The notes beneath the pieces are model-generated. The model did not search any database, was not told where the DNA came from, and worked only from the letters and a program-made list of their open reading frames with translations. Position numbers and translations under genes: made by a program. A DNA stretch of 64,000 nucleotides from Acetatifactor sp. (GTDB taxonomy: Bacteria; Bacillota; Clostridia; Lachnospirales; Lachnospiraceae), in contig JBGYPP010000018.1 in NCBI GenBank assembly GCA_041838515.1, forward strand, positions 25,034 through 89,033, in the 5' to 3' direction. Shown piece after piece: positions 37,215 through 46,932 of this stretch. How positions within the stretch are numbered: the first letter of the stretch is position 1; each line of letters opens with the position of its first letter.

Positions 37215-38615
37215 ATGAATGTAGGTATAGCCATATTGTATATGGTAGCTTGTATTTTTTTCATCAGAGGTATCAAGTGGATGGGAAAGGCGGAAACAGC
37301 CCGCAAGGGCAACGCCTACTCTGCGTTTGGCATGGCTATAGCCATGGGCGCTGTGCTGCTGGAGGGAGATGTGCTGGCCTCCTGGTCATCCCAGTTGGGC
37401 GGCAATGGATATCTTTACCTGGCCGGAGGTGTGGCTCTGGGTTCTATAATAGGCGCTGTATGGGCCAAGAGGGTGGAAATGACGGGCATGCCCCAGCTGG
37501 TGGCCCTGTTCAATGGCTTTGGCGGCCTTTCTTCCTTTTTGGTGGCCTGGGCCGAATTTTTGCACAATGGAGGTGAGGGAGATGCCTTTACCAAGGCAAC
37601 CCTGGGATTGACCATAGCCATAGGCGCCGTGGCCTTTACCGGCTCTGTGGTGGCCTGGGGCAAGCTCTCCGGAAAGATGTTCAAGAAGCAAGCCCGCATA
37701 CCGGCCAAAAATGCGTTGAATATGCTGCTGGCTCTGCTGGGTCTGGGGGGTACGGCGCTCTATGCGCTGGCCCAGGGGCCTCATCTGCTGACCGGCATAG
37801 CGCTGGTGTCCATCACCTATCTGCTGCTGGGGTATACCATGGTGGTGGGTATAGGCGGCGGGGATATGCCCGTGGTCATCTCTCTGCTCAATGCGCTGTC
37901 CGGTTTGGCGGCGGCCTTTGCCGGATTCGCCATACAGAACACAGTGCTGGTAGTGGCCGGCTGTCTGGTGGGCGCCTCGGGACTGATACTGACCCTGATT
38001 ATGTGTAAGGCTATGAATCGCAGCCTCTATAGCCTGCTCTTTGGCAGCTTTGGAGGCGGTGGGCAAAAGGGCGGCGGCGAGGAGGCTGAGCCCAAGTCTA
38101 TGTCTGTAGAGGATGCGTACCTGGTGCTGGAGGCGGCCTCTTCCGTGGTCTTTGTACCCGGATATGGCATGGCAGTGGCCCAGGCCCAGCATGCTGTCAA
38201 GGATCTGGCAGACCGGCTGGAGGCCAACGGCGCAGAGGTGAGCTTTGCCATACATCCTGTAGCCGGCCGTATGCCAGGCCATATGAATGTGTTGTTGGCG
38301 GAGGCGGATGTGCCTTATGAGCAGCTCAAGACGGCTGATGAGATCAATCCCCATATGCCCATGCAGGATGTGGCCTTTGTCATAGGCGCCAACGATGTGG
38401 TCAATCCTGCAGCCATTACAGACCAGAGTTCTCCCATCTATGGCATGCCCATTATTAACGCTTTCCAGGCGCGGACAGTATTTGTCCTCAAGAGGGGCAA
38501 GGGTACTGGCTTCTCCGGCCTGGCCAATCCTCTGTTTACCAATGACAATACGGTGATGATCTATGGCGATGCCAAGCAGACGGTAGCCGCTTTGGTGGGA
38601 GAATTTGACAATTAG
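37215..38615 (+). CDS. pntB: NAD(P) transhydrogenase subunit beta
   Basis: Multi-TM N-terminal half. C-terminal NADP(H) domain VPGYGMAVAQAQH...HPVAGRMPGHMNVLLAEA...GANDVVNP. Confidence 0.9.
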   Translation: MNVGIAILYMVACIFFIRGIKWMGKAETARKGNAYSAFGMAIAMGAVLLEGDVLASWSSQLGGNGYLYLAGGVALGSIIGAVWAKRVEMTGMPQLVALFNGFGGLSSFLVAWAEFLHNGGEGDAFTKATLGLTIAIGAVAFTGSVVAWGKLSGKMFKKQARIPAKNALNMLLALLGLGGTALYALAQGPHLLTGIALVSITYLLLGYTMVVGIGGGDMPVVISLLNALSGLAAAFAGFAIQNTVLVVAGCLVGASGLILTLIMCKAMNRSLYSLLFGSFGGGGQKGGGEEAEPKSMSVEDAYLVLEAASSVVFVPGYGMAVAQAQHAVKDLADRLEANGAEVSFAIHPVAGRMPGHMNVLLAEADVPYEQLKTADEINPHMPMQDVAFVIGANDVVNPAAITDQSSPIYGMPIINAFQARTVFVLKRGKGTGFSGLANPLFTNDNTVMIYGDAKQTVAALVGEFDN

Positions 38616-38683
38616 CCTTGGCGGCTTGGCGAACAGCTCTCCCCCATGGTACAATGCAAAAAAGGCCAGCGGCGGGAGGAGAT

Positions 38684-40612
38684 ATGCACAATTATTATCG
38701 TTTGCTCAAGGAACGTTTTCCCAAAAAGACGGCGGTGCTGACAGAGCTGATCAATCTGGAGGCCATACAGCATCTGCCCAAGGGTACAGAATTTTTCGTC
38801 AGCGACCTGCATGGGGAGTATGCCGCCTTTGACTATGTGCTGCGGCATGGATCTGGCAACCTCAAGGTCAAATTGCAGGAGTGGGCGCAGGAGGTGGGGG
38901 AGGAAAATCTGGAGGTGGATATAGACTCCCTGGCTCTGTTTATCTATTATCCGGAGAAGATGATGGAGAAAAAGGCCGCCTGCCTGTCCAAGGAGCAATT
39001 GGAGGATTTGCTGGAGAGCTACATACCCTCGCTGATACGGGTGGTCAAATTCGTGGGCAGCAAATATACCCGGTCCAAGCTGCGCAAGGCCATGCAGGCC
39101 GAATTTGCCTATGTGATGGAGGAACTGGTGGCCGAGGTGGACCGGCGGGAGGATAAGGCCGGGTATTGCAGCTCCATTCTTAAGAAAATACGGAATCTGG
39201 GCCAGTTGGACGAGCTCTTTGTCGCCCTGGCCAATCTGATACAGCACCTGACCATAGATCATCTCCATGTGCTGGGGGATATATACGACCGTGGAGCCCA
39301 TCCGGACCGCATAATAGAGCGCATAGGCCAGATGTCCAATGTGGATATACAGTGGGGCAATCACGATATTACCTGGATGGGAGCGGTGGCCGGCTCCGCG
39401 CTGTGCATGATCAATGTCATACGCATAGCGGCCAGATACAACAATTTGGCCCTGCTGGAGGACAGCTACGGCATCAATCTGCGGCGGCTGGTGGATTATG
39501 CGCTGAGCTATTACACGCCTCTGCCCAGCTTTGCGCCTGTGCTGGACGGAGCCAAGGTGGGGGAAAAAGAGCAGGATGCGCTGAACTGCCTGCAACAGGC
39601 CTGTGCGGTCTTGCAGTGGAAGCTGGAGTACCAGTGCATAGAACGCAGGCCGGATTTCCGTATGGGCAGCCGGCAGGTTCTGGCCCATATAGACTGGGAG
39701 CAAGGCTTGCTGCGCCGGGGAAACAAAACTTACGTTCTCGAAAATTGGAATCCCTGCCGTATAGATCCCCAGAATCCCGGAGCCCTGATGGGGGAGGAGG
39801 AGGCGCTGATCAACCAGTTGATTCACAGCTTTCAGAGCAGTGAGCGGCTGGTGCGGCATATGGACTTTCTGATCGAAAATGGCAGCATGTATCTGACCTA
39901 TAACAAGCAGCTGCTCTTCCACGGCTGCATACCCCTGCACGAGAATGGGGATCTCAAATCCCTGCGCATAGAGGGGAAGAGTTATAGGGGCAAGGAGCTG
40001 CTGGATTTTTATGAATATCATGTACGCAAAGGATACAGGCATCCGGAGCGGCGGGAGGATTTGTCCACGGATCTGTTTTGGTATCTATGGACGGGGGAGT
40101 GTTCCTCCCTCTTTGGCAAGGCTGCTATGACCACCTTTGAGCGCTATTATATCAGCGATGCCTCCACCCACAGGGAGGAGAAAAATCCTTATTATTCCCT
40201 GCGGGATGAGGAAGAGATCTGCGAGATGATACTGGCGGAATTTGGCCTGGGTCCGGGCAGCCATATCATCAATGGGCATACGCCAGTGATAGAGAGCAAG
40301 GGGGAGAGTCCTATCAAGGCCGGGGGCCGTATGCTGGTCATAGATGGGGGCTTTGCCAAGGCCTATCAGAAAAAGACGGGCAATGCCGGCTATACCCTGG
40401 TATTTAACAGCTATGGATTTCAATTGGTGGCGCACAGGCCCTTTACCGGTGTGGAGGATGTGCTCGCCGGGAATTGTGATGTGCTGTCCACCCAGCGGCT
40501 GGTGGAGTACTCTGACAGGCGCATACTGGTAAAAGACACCAGCATAGGCCAGAGGCTGGGCAGGGAGATACAGGATCTGGAGCATCTATACCTGCATTTT
40601 GAGGAGTATTGA
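38684..40612 (+). CDS. fbp: fructose-1,6-bisphosphatase class 3
   Basis: About 642 aa. ...FFVSDLHGEYAAFDYVLR...LGDIYDRG...INGHTPV... are class III FBPase metallophosphoesterase motifs. Confidence 0.9.
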   Translation: MHNYYRLLKERFPKKTAVLTELINLEAIQHLPKGTEFFVSDLHGEYAAFDYVLRHGSGNLKVKLQEWAQEVGEENLEVDIDSLALFIYYPEKMMEKKAACLSKEQLEDLLESYIPSLIRVVKFVGSKYTRSKLRKAMQAEFAYVMEELVAEVDRREDKAGYCSSILKKIRNLGQLDELFVALANLIQHLTIDHLHVLGDIYDRGAHPDRIIERIGQMSNVDIQWGNHDITWMGAVAGSALCMINVIRIAARYNNLALLEDSYGINLRRLVDYALSYYTPLPSFAPVLDGAKVGEKEQDALNCLQQACAVLQWKLEYQCIERRPDFRMGSRQVLAHIDWEQGLLRRGNKTYVLENWNPCRIDPQNPGALMGEEEALINQLIHSFQSSERLVRHMDFLIENGSMYLTYNKQLLFHGCIPLHENGDLKSLRIEGKSYRGKELLDFYEYHVRKGYRHPERREDLSTDLFWYLWTGECSSLFGKAAMTTFERYYISDASTHREEKNPYYSLRDEEEICEMILAEFGLGPGSHIINGHTPVIESKGESPIKAGGRMLVIDGGFAKAYQKKTGNAGYTLVFNSYGFQLVAHRPFTGVEDVLAGNCDVLSTQRLVEYSDRRILVKDTSIGQRLGREIQDLEHLYLHFEEY

Positions 40613-40632
40613 CAAAGAAATGCGGATAAGGC

Positions 40633-40684
40633 AAAAAAACCGCCTAGGGATTCCGTTGCATTAGGATCCCAAGCGGTTTTTTTG
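40633..40684. terminator. bidirectional intrinsic terminator between fbp and pflA
   Basis: aaaaaaaccgc...gcggttttttt with an internal stem; A-run and T-run flank it. Confidence 0.7.
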
Positions 40685-40735
40685 TTATGCTATCGTCAGA
40701 TAGGCTGGTAATGCCCGTAGAATTCTCCAGCTGGC

Positions 40736-41521
40736 CTAAAGATTGCCCTCTGCGCTCTCCTGGGCGCGGCGCTTTTTGATGCCCAGCAGTATCTGTCTTT
40801 TCTTGGCCGGTATCAGCTCCTTGTCCATGGGAGGCGTATCCTTTAGGGGATATTCCATGCCCAGCTGCTCATACTTGGCCGTGCCCATGGTGTGGTAGGG
40901 CAGCACATCCAGGGCTGTCAGATTGGGGAACTGGCCAATGAAATACCCCAGAGCAAAGAGATCCTCGTTATCGTCAGACCAGCCGGGTACTACCACGTGG
41001 CGCACCCACATATCCACCTTGCGGGAGGCCAGATAGGCGGCAAAGGCAAAGATATTTTTGTTGGGCTGGGCCACCAGCTTTTCGTGAGTTTCCGGATCCA
41101 TGTGCTTGATATCCAGCATGACCAGATCCGTCAGCTCCATTAGCGTATCCAGCTTCTTGATCAAAAAGGCATTGGCCGGATTGTAGGTGATGCCGGAGGT
41201 GTCTATGCAGGTGTGTATGCCCTTGGCCTTGGCCAATTGAAACAGGGCCGTGACAAAATCTATCTGCATCAGAGGTTCGCCTCCGGTGACTGTGATGCCG
41301 CCGCCTTTGTAGAAATTGATATTGCGCATATACTGTTCGATGATATAGGCCGGCTCCATCCAGGTGCCGCCCTCCACATCCCAGGTGTCCGGGTTGTGGC
41401 AGTACAGACATCGCATGGGGCAGCCTTGGAGGAATACGACAAAGCGCACTCCGGGGCCGTCCACAGTGCCAAAGCTCTCCAGGGAATGTACCCTGCCTTG
41501 TATGGGCTTCGTATCGGGCAT
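40736..41521 (-). CDS. pflA: pyruvate formate-lyase activating enzyme (radical SAM)
   Basis: ESFGTVDGPGVRFVVFLQGCPMRCLYCHNPDTW (CX3CX2C) and GGGITVTGGEP. Confidence 0.95.
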   Translation of the reverse strand: MPDTKPIQGRVHSLESFGTVDGPGVRFVVFLQGCPMRCLYCHNPDTWDVEGGTWMEPAYIIEQYMRNINFYKGGGITVTGGEPLMQIDFVTALFQLAKAKGIHTCIDTSGITYNPANAFLIKKLDTLMELTDLVMLDIKHMDPETHEKLVAQPNKNIFAFAAYLASRKVDMWVRHVVVPGWSDDNEDLFALGYFIGQFPNLTALDVLPYHTMGTAKYEQLGMEYPLKDTPPMDKELIPAKKRQILLGIKKRRAQESAEGNL

Positions 41522-41540
41522 AAGGCTCCTTTCTCAAGCA

Positions 41541-41572
41541 AAAAGGCGAAGGCGCAGCTAGGGCAGCGCCTC
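41541..41572 (-). terminator. possible attenuator/partial terminator between the radical-domain gene and pflA
   Basis: On the minus strand: ggaggcgctgccctagctgcgccttc followed by gccttttt. Confidence 0.3.
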
Positions 41573-41609
41573 CGTCCTTTTGTCAAAAGATACGGCGTCC
41601 GGTGATGGA

Positions 41610-41849
41610 TTAAACGGACTCGTGGAAAGTGCGGTTGATAACATCCGTCTGCTGCTCGGGAGTCAGCTTGATAAAATTTACGGCATAGCCGGAAACACGG
41701 ATGGTCAGCTGGGGATACTTCTCAGGGTGCTTCTGGGCATCCAGCAGCATATCCCTGTTGAGTACGTTTACGTTCAGGTGATGGCCGCCCTGCTCGGCGT
41801 AACCATCCAACAGAGCCACCAAATTATCTACCTGTGCGGTGTTGTTCAT
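41610..41849 (-). CDS. free-standing glycyl-radical domain protein (GrcA-like; corresponds to the C-terminal about 70 aa of canonical PflB)
   Basis: 79 aa: ...[59 protein letters not shown] contains the RVSGYAV glycine-radical motif. Has its own AGGAGG SD 6 nt before the ATG. Confidence 0.9.
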   Translation of the reverse strand: MNNTAQVDNLVALLDGYAEQGGHHLNVNVLNRDMLLDAQKHPEKYPQLTIRVSGYAVNFIKLTPEQQTDVINRTFHESV

Positions 41850-41885
41850 ATTTTACCTCCTATAGTTGTATGCCCTGTAATGGCA

Positions 41886-42086
41886 TCAGCGGTAGTCGTC
41901 CAGGCCCTCTTGCAACGTGGGGACAGAGCAGGCCAGGGGGGTGCGTGAGCAGTCATTGCACCCCATGGTCTGGGTGGAAACCTGGTTGGAACTCTCATCG
42001 GTTTCCACATTGATATGGCCTACGCCCTTTTCCACATCCGCATCCAACATGGCGACCAACTGGTCTATGGCATTGGGATTGTTCAT
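41886..42086 (-). CDS. 66-aa hypothetical protein: its N-terminus is paralogous to the start of the glycyl-radical protein, and its tail contains three Cys
   Basis: GGAGGG SD 5 nt before the ATG. MNNPNAIDQLVAMLDADVEKGVGHINV aligns with [27 protein letters not shown] of the next ORF. The tail ...TMGCNDCSRTPLACSVP... has no RVSGYA motif. Confidence 0.6.
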   Translation of the reverse strand: MNNPNAIDQLVAMLDADVEKGVGHINVETDESSNQVSTQTMGCNDCSRTPLACSVPTLQEGLDDYR

Positions 42087-42101
42087 ATGTTCCCTCCAAA
42101 C

Positions 42102-44165
42102 TTAGGGCCTGGACTCCTCAACCTCGGTCAGATCCAGATCCAAGCTCAAATCACTGCTAAATACCTTCTCCTCCTTGCCCAAGGCGCCGGGTATGATGGT
42201 AAAGGTATTGGAGATGCCGTCCTGCGCATCCTGGAAAGGCAGCTTGGATACGGTGGCCAGGGAGGCGATGGCGCCGTGGGTATCGCGGCCGTGCATAGGG
42301 TTGGCGCCGGGTGCGAAGGGCTGGCCCTTCCTGCGGCCGTCAGGCGTATTGCCGGTGGCCTTGCCATATACCACGTTGGAGGTAATGGTCAAAATGGAGG
42401 TGGTGGGAACGCCCTTCCTGTAGGTGTGGTGCCTGCGTACGGCGGTCATAAAGCGGTGTACGATGTCCTTGGCTATCATATCCACCCTGTCGTCGTCGTT
42501 GCCGTACTTGGGGAAATCGCCGGTGGTCTTGAAGTCGGTGATTACGCCGTCATCATCACGGATAACCTCTACCTTGGCATGCTTGATGGCGGAGAGGGAG
42601 TCGGCCACGATGGAGAGGCCGGCGATACCGGTGGCGAAATACCTCTTCACATCCCTGTCGTGCAGGGCCATCTCAGCGCGCTCGTAGCAGTACTTGTCAT
42701 GCATATAGTGGATGATGTTCAGCGTGTTTACATATACATCTGCCTGCCACTCTATCATATCGGTGAACTTCTGCATTACATCGTCGAAGTCCAGCACATC
42801 CCCCTCTACAGGGCGGAAGCGGGGACCTACCTGCTTCTTGCTCACCTCGTCCACGCCGCCGTTGAGTGCATAGAGCAGGCACTTGGCCAGATTGGCGCGG
42901 GCGCCGAAGAACTGCATTTCCTTACCCACCTTCATGGAGGATACGCAGCAGGCTATGGCATAGTCGTCGCCATGGGTCACGCGCATCATATCGTCATTCT
43001 CGTACTGCAGGGAAGAAGTCTCTATGGACATCTTTGCACAGTAACGCTTCCAAGCCTGGGGCAGCCTGGTGGACCACAGCACGGTCAGGTTGGGCTCGGG
43101 GGAAGGGCCCAGCGTGGTCAGCGTATGCAGGAAACGGAAGCTCATCTTGGTAACCAGGGAACGTCCGTCTATGCCCACGCCGGCCAGGGACTCGGTAACC
43201 CATACCGGATCGCCTGCAAAAATCTGGTTGTACTCGGGTGTGCGAGCGAATTTGATCAGGCGCAGCTTCATAACGAAGTGGTCTACAAACTCCTGAATCT
43301 GCTGCTCGGTAAAGGTACCATTGGCCAGATCCCTCTCAGCGTAGATATCCAGGAAGGTGGAGGTGCGGCCCAGGGACATAGCGGCGCCGTTCTGCTCCTT
43401 TACTGCGGCCAGATAGCCGAAGTAAGTGGCCTGTATGGCCTCCTGCACGTTGGTGGAGGGCTTGGAGATATCAAAGCCGTAGGAGGCGGCCATCTGCTTC
43501 ATCTGCTTCAGGGCCACGATCTGCTCGGAAATCTCCTCACGCAGACGGATGACATCGTCTGTCATCACACGGCCGGTGGAATCCTTTTGGTTGTTCTTGT
43601 CCTCGATCAGACGGTCTATGCCATAGAGGGCCACACGGCGATAGTCGCCTATGATGCGGCCGCGGCCGTAGGCATCCGGCAGACCGGTGATAATATGGGA
43701 GGAGCGGCAGGCGCGCATATCCTCGTTGTAGGCGTCAAAGCAGCCGGCATTGTGGGTTTTTCTGTGGGTGGAGAAGAACTCGCTGATCTCCGGATCCACC
43801 TCATATCCGTTGTCCGAGCAGGCCTTCTCGGCCATGCGGATGCCGCCGTAGGGCTGCAAGGAACGCTTGAAAGGCTTGTCGGTCTGGAAACCCACGATGG
43901 TTTCCTTGCTCTTGTCCAGATATCCGGGGCCATGGGATACGATGGTGGAAATGATCTTGGTATCCATGTCCAGAACGCCGCCGGCATCCCTCTCCTGCTT
44001 TTGTAGCTCCAGAACCTGAGCCCACAGGTCATTGGTATTTTGGGTCGCCTCGGCAAGGAAAGACTCATCGCCGTCGTACGGGGTGTAGTTCCTCTGGATG
44101 AAATCCCGTACGTTGACGTCGTGCTCCCACTTGCCGCCTACAAAACCAGTCCATTCCGTTCTCAT
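42102..44165 (-). CDS. pflB: formate C-acetyltransferase (pyruvate formate-lyase) catalytic core lacking the C-terminal glycyl-radical domain
   Basis: 687 aa from ATG 44165 (AGGAGG SD). PFL-like throughout (...RVALYGID..., ...[10 protein letters not shown]... active-site Cys pair, ...[10 protein letters not shown]...[20 protein letters not shown]), then ends in the acidic tail [19 protein letters not shown]. Confidence 0.9.
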   Translation of the reverse strand: MRTEWTGFVGGKWEHDVNVRDFIQRNYTPYDGDESFLAEATQNTNDLWAQVLELQKQERDAGGVLDMDTKIISTIVSHGPGYLDKSKETIVGFQTDKPFKRSLQPYGGIRMAEKACSDNGYEVDPEISEFFSTHRKTHNAGCFDAYNEDMRACRSSHIITGLPDAYGRGRIIGDYRRVALYGIDRLIEDKNNQKDSTGRVMTDDVIRLREEISEQIVALKQMKQMAASYGFDISKPSTNVQEAIQATYFGYLAAVKEQNGAAMSLGRTSTFLDIYAERDLANGTFTEQQIQEFVDHFVMKLRLIKFARTPEYNQIFAGDPVWVTESLAGVGIDGRSLVTKMSFRFLHTLTTLGPSPEPNLTVLWSTRLPQAWKRYCAKMSIETSSLQYENDDMMRVTHGDDYAIACCVSSMKVGKEMQFFGARANLAKCLLYALNGGVDEVSKKQVGPRFRPVEGDVLDFDDVMQKFTDMIEWQADVYVNTLNIIHYMHDKYCYERAEMALHDRDVKRYFATGIAGLSIVADSLSAIKHAKVEVIRDDDGVITDFKTTGDFPKYGNDDDRVDMIAKDIVHRFMTAVRRHHTYRKGVPTTSILTITSNVVYGKATGNTPDGRRKGQPFAPGANPMHGRDTHGAIASLATVSKLPFQDAQDGISNTFTIIPGALGKEEKVFSSDLSLDLDLTEVEESRP

Positions 44166-44377
44166 TGCAGGTCGCCTCCTATGTTTGGGAAATGCTAGTA
44201 AACAGTGTCTTGTATACAATCTAATTATAGGTAGAAAAAGCGGGCCAGTCAATGGATATTCTGTACTTTTTGCAATACATGACAAAAAAATATCAGTAAA
44301 AAATTGGGCAGGCCTTATATAGCCCCGCTTGCCAATCCACAGCCTATGGATTAAAGTAATAAGGAGAAAATGCGGGG

Positions 44378-46036
44378 GTGGAAACGGTGGCGCTTTTTGG
44401 ACAAACAAGGCATGGCTTGGGCAGATTATGGCTGAGAGCATGGGCGTGGCTGGGCGGCATTGCGGAGCCGGCGGCGCGTTGGGGCATGGCCCTGGCAGGC
44501 CTCCCGGTGTGGATTTTTCTGTGTTGGTACAGTTTTCGTTACAGCTATCTGGAGGGAGTGCATGTACCGGAGAAGCTAAGCCTGGTCAAGGACAGCATGG
44601 GCCGCCATATGCTGGGCATTTTGGCTCTGGCGCTGGCGTGGGGGGGGCTGCTGCGGCTGGAAAGGCGCTGCTCCAAGGCTCGGCTGGAACTGGGGGCGAG
44701 GAGTTTGGCTCTGCTGGCTGTGGCCTGGCATCTGGCCTGGGGCCTGTGGTGGATCTATTCCTCAGATAAGGTGCCGGGAGGGGATCAGGCCTTTCTCTAC
44801 GGCGGCGCCAGCTACCTGTTGGAGGGTTCCAGGACATTTTTGGGTCTGGGGGGATATCTGGAGATGTACCCCCATCAGCTGCCCGCAGTGTTTGTCGTGC
44901 AGTCCGTATTCTCCCTGGTGGGCACTTACCAATATCCTTTTTTGCAATTGTGCAATGTGCTGTTTGCCGCTGGTACCGTGGGTCTTGCCTATGGCCTGCT
45001 GGAGGCCTGGGGGGCAGGCTTTGCGGCCAAGGCGGCATATGCGCTTCTGGCCCTGGGCCTGCAGCCCCTGGTGTATTACACCTCCTTTGTCTATGGGGAG
45101 TTGGGCTTTTGCTTCTTTGCGCTGGCAGCCCTGTGCTGCTTTGTCTATTTGGACAAAAAGGGGCGGCCGGCCATACTGTCGCTGATGGGAATTTGTCTGT
45201 GGCTGATGTGGGCGCTGAGACCGGCTGGCCGCATATTCCTCCTGGCCTTTTGTCTATGCCTTGGCCTGTGGGCGCTGAGGCGGGGGAGGCTGGGGGTTCT
45301 GGCTCTGGCCCTGTTCTTTTTCCTGATACCCAATATCACGCTCTGGGGCCTGCGAGCCTATTACTACCCTCCCGGCTCGGCTGAGTATTATACCGGAGGC
45401 ATGCCGGTAGAGGGCTGGCTGGCGCTGGGCATAGAGGAATCGCCCATGGGCCCCGGCTGGTACAACCACGATGTAGTGCGCAATTATTACCTGGCGGAAT
45501 GTGACCCCTATGAGGCGGCCAAGATCTATAGGCAGCAGATAGAGGCTCGTCTGGCCTTTTTCCGGGACTATCCCGGGGAGGCCGGACAGTTTTACAAGGA
45601 TAAGATATTGAGTCAGTGGATAGCGCCTCTGTATCAGGGCCTGTTCTTTGGCTCTCAGCCGGACCAGGGCAAGCAGATTCCGGAGGGAAGTCTGTTGGCC
45701 TATGTATACAGCCACGGCGGGCAATTGCAACAGTGGGCGGATGTGTGGCAGTTCCTGGTCTATGGCGGAGTCCTTTGCTTTTTTGCGGGCCTGCCGGCGC
45801 TGGGGCGCAGATCCATACCCCTGCTGGTTCTGCCTATGGCCCTGTTGGGCACCTTTGTGTTTTCCCTTTTCTGGGAGGCCAAGGCCAGGTATATTTTTCC
45901 CAGCTATGTTTTGATGTATCCCATGGCGGCCCTGGGGCTGGAGGCGGCCTTTGGCCTGCTCCAGTCGGGCTGGCGCAGATGGTTTTGGAAGGGGGCGGAG
46001 GGTGGAAAAGCTGAGCGTAATCGTGCCTTGCTTTAA
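44378..46036 (+). CDS. GT-C fold membrane glycosyltransferase (ArnT/PMT, GT39/83-like)
   Basis: 552-aa polytopic membrane protein. The early extracytoplasmic loop ...[19 protein letters not shown] resembles the GT-C acidic loop. The start is uncertain: GTG 44378, while the AAGGAG SD at 44361 is closer to an out-of-frame ATG at 44370. Confidence 0.55.
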   Translation: METVALFGQTRHGLGRLWLRAWAWLGGIAEPAARWGMALAGLPVWIFLCWYSFRYSYLEGVHVPEKLSLVKDSMGRHMLGILALALAWGGLLRLERRCSKARLELGARSLALLAVAWHLAWGLWWIYSSDKVPGGDQAFLYGGASYLLEGSRTFLGLGGYLEMYPHQLPAVFVVQSVFSLVGTYQYPFLQLCNVLFAAGTVGLAYGLLEAWGAGFAAKAAYALLALGLQPLVYYTSFVYGELGFCFFALAALCCFVYLDKKGRPAILSLMGICLWLMWALRPAGRIFLLAFCLCLGLWALRRGRLGVLALALFFFLIPNITLWGLRAYYYPPGSAEYYTGGMPVEGWLALGIEESPMGPGWYNHDVVRNYYLAECDPYEAAKIYRQQIEARLAFFRDYPGEAGQFYKDKILSQWIAPLYQGLFFGSQPDQGKQIPEGSLLAYVYSHGGQLQQWADVWQFLVYGGVLCFFAGLPALGRRSIPLLVLPMALLGTFVFSLFWEAKARYIFPSYVLMYPMAALGLEAAFGLLQSGWRRWFWKGAEGGKAERNRALL

Positions 46037-46931
46037 TGAGGAAGAGAATATTGAGGCATTTTATAAAGAATTTGTAAAAAATCAGTCTTTTTTTGATTCT
46101 CGGCCCTTGGATTGGGAGCTCATCTTTGTAGACGATGGCTCCTGTGACGGCACTGTGGCCCGGGTGCGTCTGCTGGGGCAGGGGGATGGGCGGGTGCATT
46201 TGTTGTCTTTTTCCCGCAATTTTGGCAAGGAGGCGGCCATGTATGCCGGCCTGCAAAAAGCGGCCGGGGAGTATGTGGTGATCATGGATGCGGATTTGCA
46301 AGATCCCCCCTCCCTGCTTCCGGAGATGTTTGCCGCCCTGGATGAGGGATATGATTCTGTGGCCACCCGGCGGGTCAGCCGAAAGGGAGAGCCTCCGGTG
46401 CGGAGTTTTTTTGCCAGGAGGTTTTATGCGCTGATGAAAAAGATATCCCAAACGGAGATTATGGACGGGGCCAGGGATTACAGGCTGATGCGCAGGCCTA
46501 TGGTGGATGCAGTCCTATCCATGGGGGAGTACAACCGCTTTACCAAGGGCATATTTGGCTGGGTGGGATTTCGTACCCGGTGGATGAGTTTTGAGAATGT
46601 GGAGAGGGCTAGGGGAGAGACTAAGTGGAATTTTTGGAAGCTGTTTCTCTACTCTCTGGAGGGCATCACCGCCTTTTCCACCCTGCCCCTGACTTTTGCC
46701 GCGGGACTGGGCGTGCTTTTTTGTTTGCTGGCCTTTGTTCTGATTATTTTTATTATTGTGAGAAAAATGCTATTCGGAGATCCGGTATCCGGCTGGCCTT
46801 CCCTGGTCTGCATCATAGCCATGGTCAGCGGCGTGCAGCTTTTCTGTCTGGGCATAGTGGGGCAGTACCTGGCCAAGACCTATATGGAGGTCAAGAGGCG
46901 GCCTATATACCTGCTCAAGGAGGAGTGGTGA
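46002..46931 (+). CDS. polyprenyl-phosphate glycosyltransferase (GT2, GtrB/CsbB/ArnC-like)
   Basis: [14 protein letters not shown]...FVDDGSCDGT...SRNFGKEAAMYAGL...VIMDADLQDPP... plus two C-terminal TM helices, the classic GtrB architecture. GTG 46002 follows GGGGGCGGAGG. Confidence 0.85.
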   Translation: MEKLSVIVPCFNEEENIEAFYKEFVKNQSFFDSRPLDWELIFVDDGSCDGTVARVRLLGQGDGRVHLLSFSRNFGKEAAMYAGLQKAAGEYVVIMDADLQDPPSLLPEMFAALDEGYDSVATRRVSRKGEPPVRSFFARRFYALMKKISQTEIMDGARDYRLMRRPMVDAVLSMGEYNRFTKGIFGWVGFRTRWMSFENVERARGETKWNFWKLFLYSLEGITAFSTLPLTFAAGLGVLFCLLAFVLIIFIIVRKMLFGDPVSGWPSLVCIIAMVSGVQLFCLGIVGQYLAKTYMEVKRRPIYLLKEEW

Positions 46932-46932
46932 T

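Noticed and set aside
41850-42101. Hypothesis that the pflB interruption is an intron/intein, or a simple frameshifted pseudogene
   Set aside because: Both downstream pieces have their own strong SD plus ATG. The core ends in a stop after a non-homologous acidic tail. The two alternative frames of the 66-aa ORF do not encode the missing radical-domain residues. I saw no intein blocks or endonuclease motifs. RNA splicing still cannot be excluded without transcript data.
42015-44006. 663-aa plus-strand ORF covering most of the pflB region
   Set aside because: It is antisense to a gene with unmistakable PFL motifs. Its product is low-complexity (G/A/L/V/H rich) with no motif or SD. Long open antisense frames are a by-product of the codon bias here.
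44370-44435. 21-codon ORF ([21 protein letters not shown]) starting 3 nt after the AAGGAG SD, upstream of and overlapping the GT-C gene start
   Set aside because: The SD-ATG spacing is too short and there is no supporting evidence. It may only mean that the true start, or a frameshift, of the GT-C gene is unresolved. I note it as start-codon uncertainty rather than as a leader peptide.
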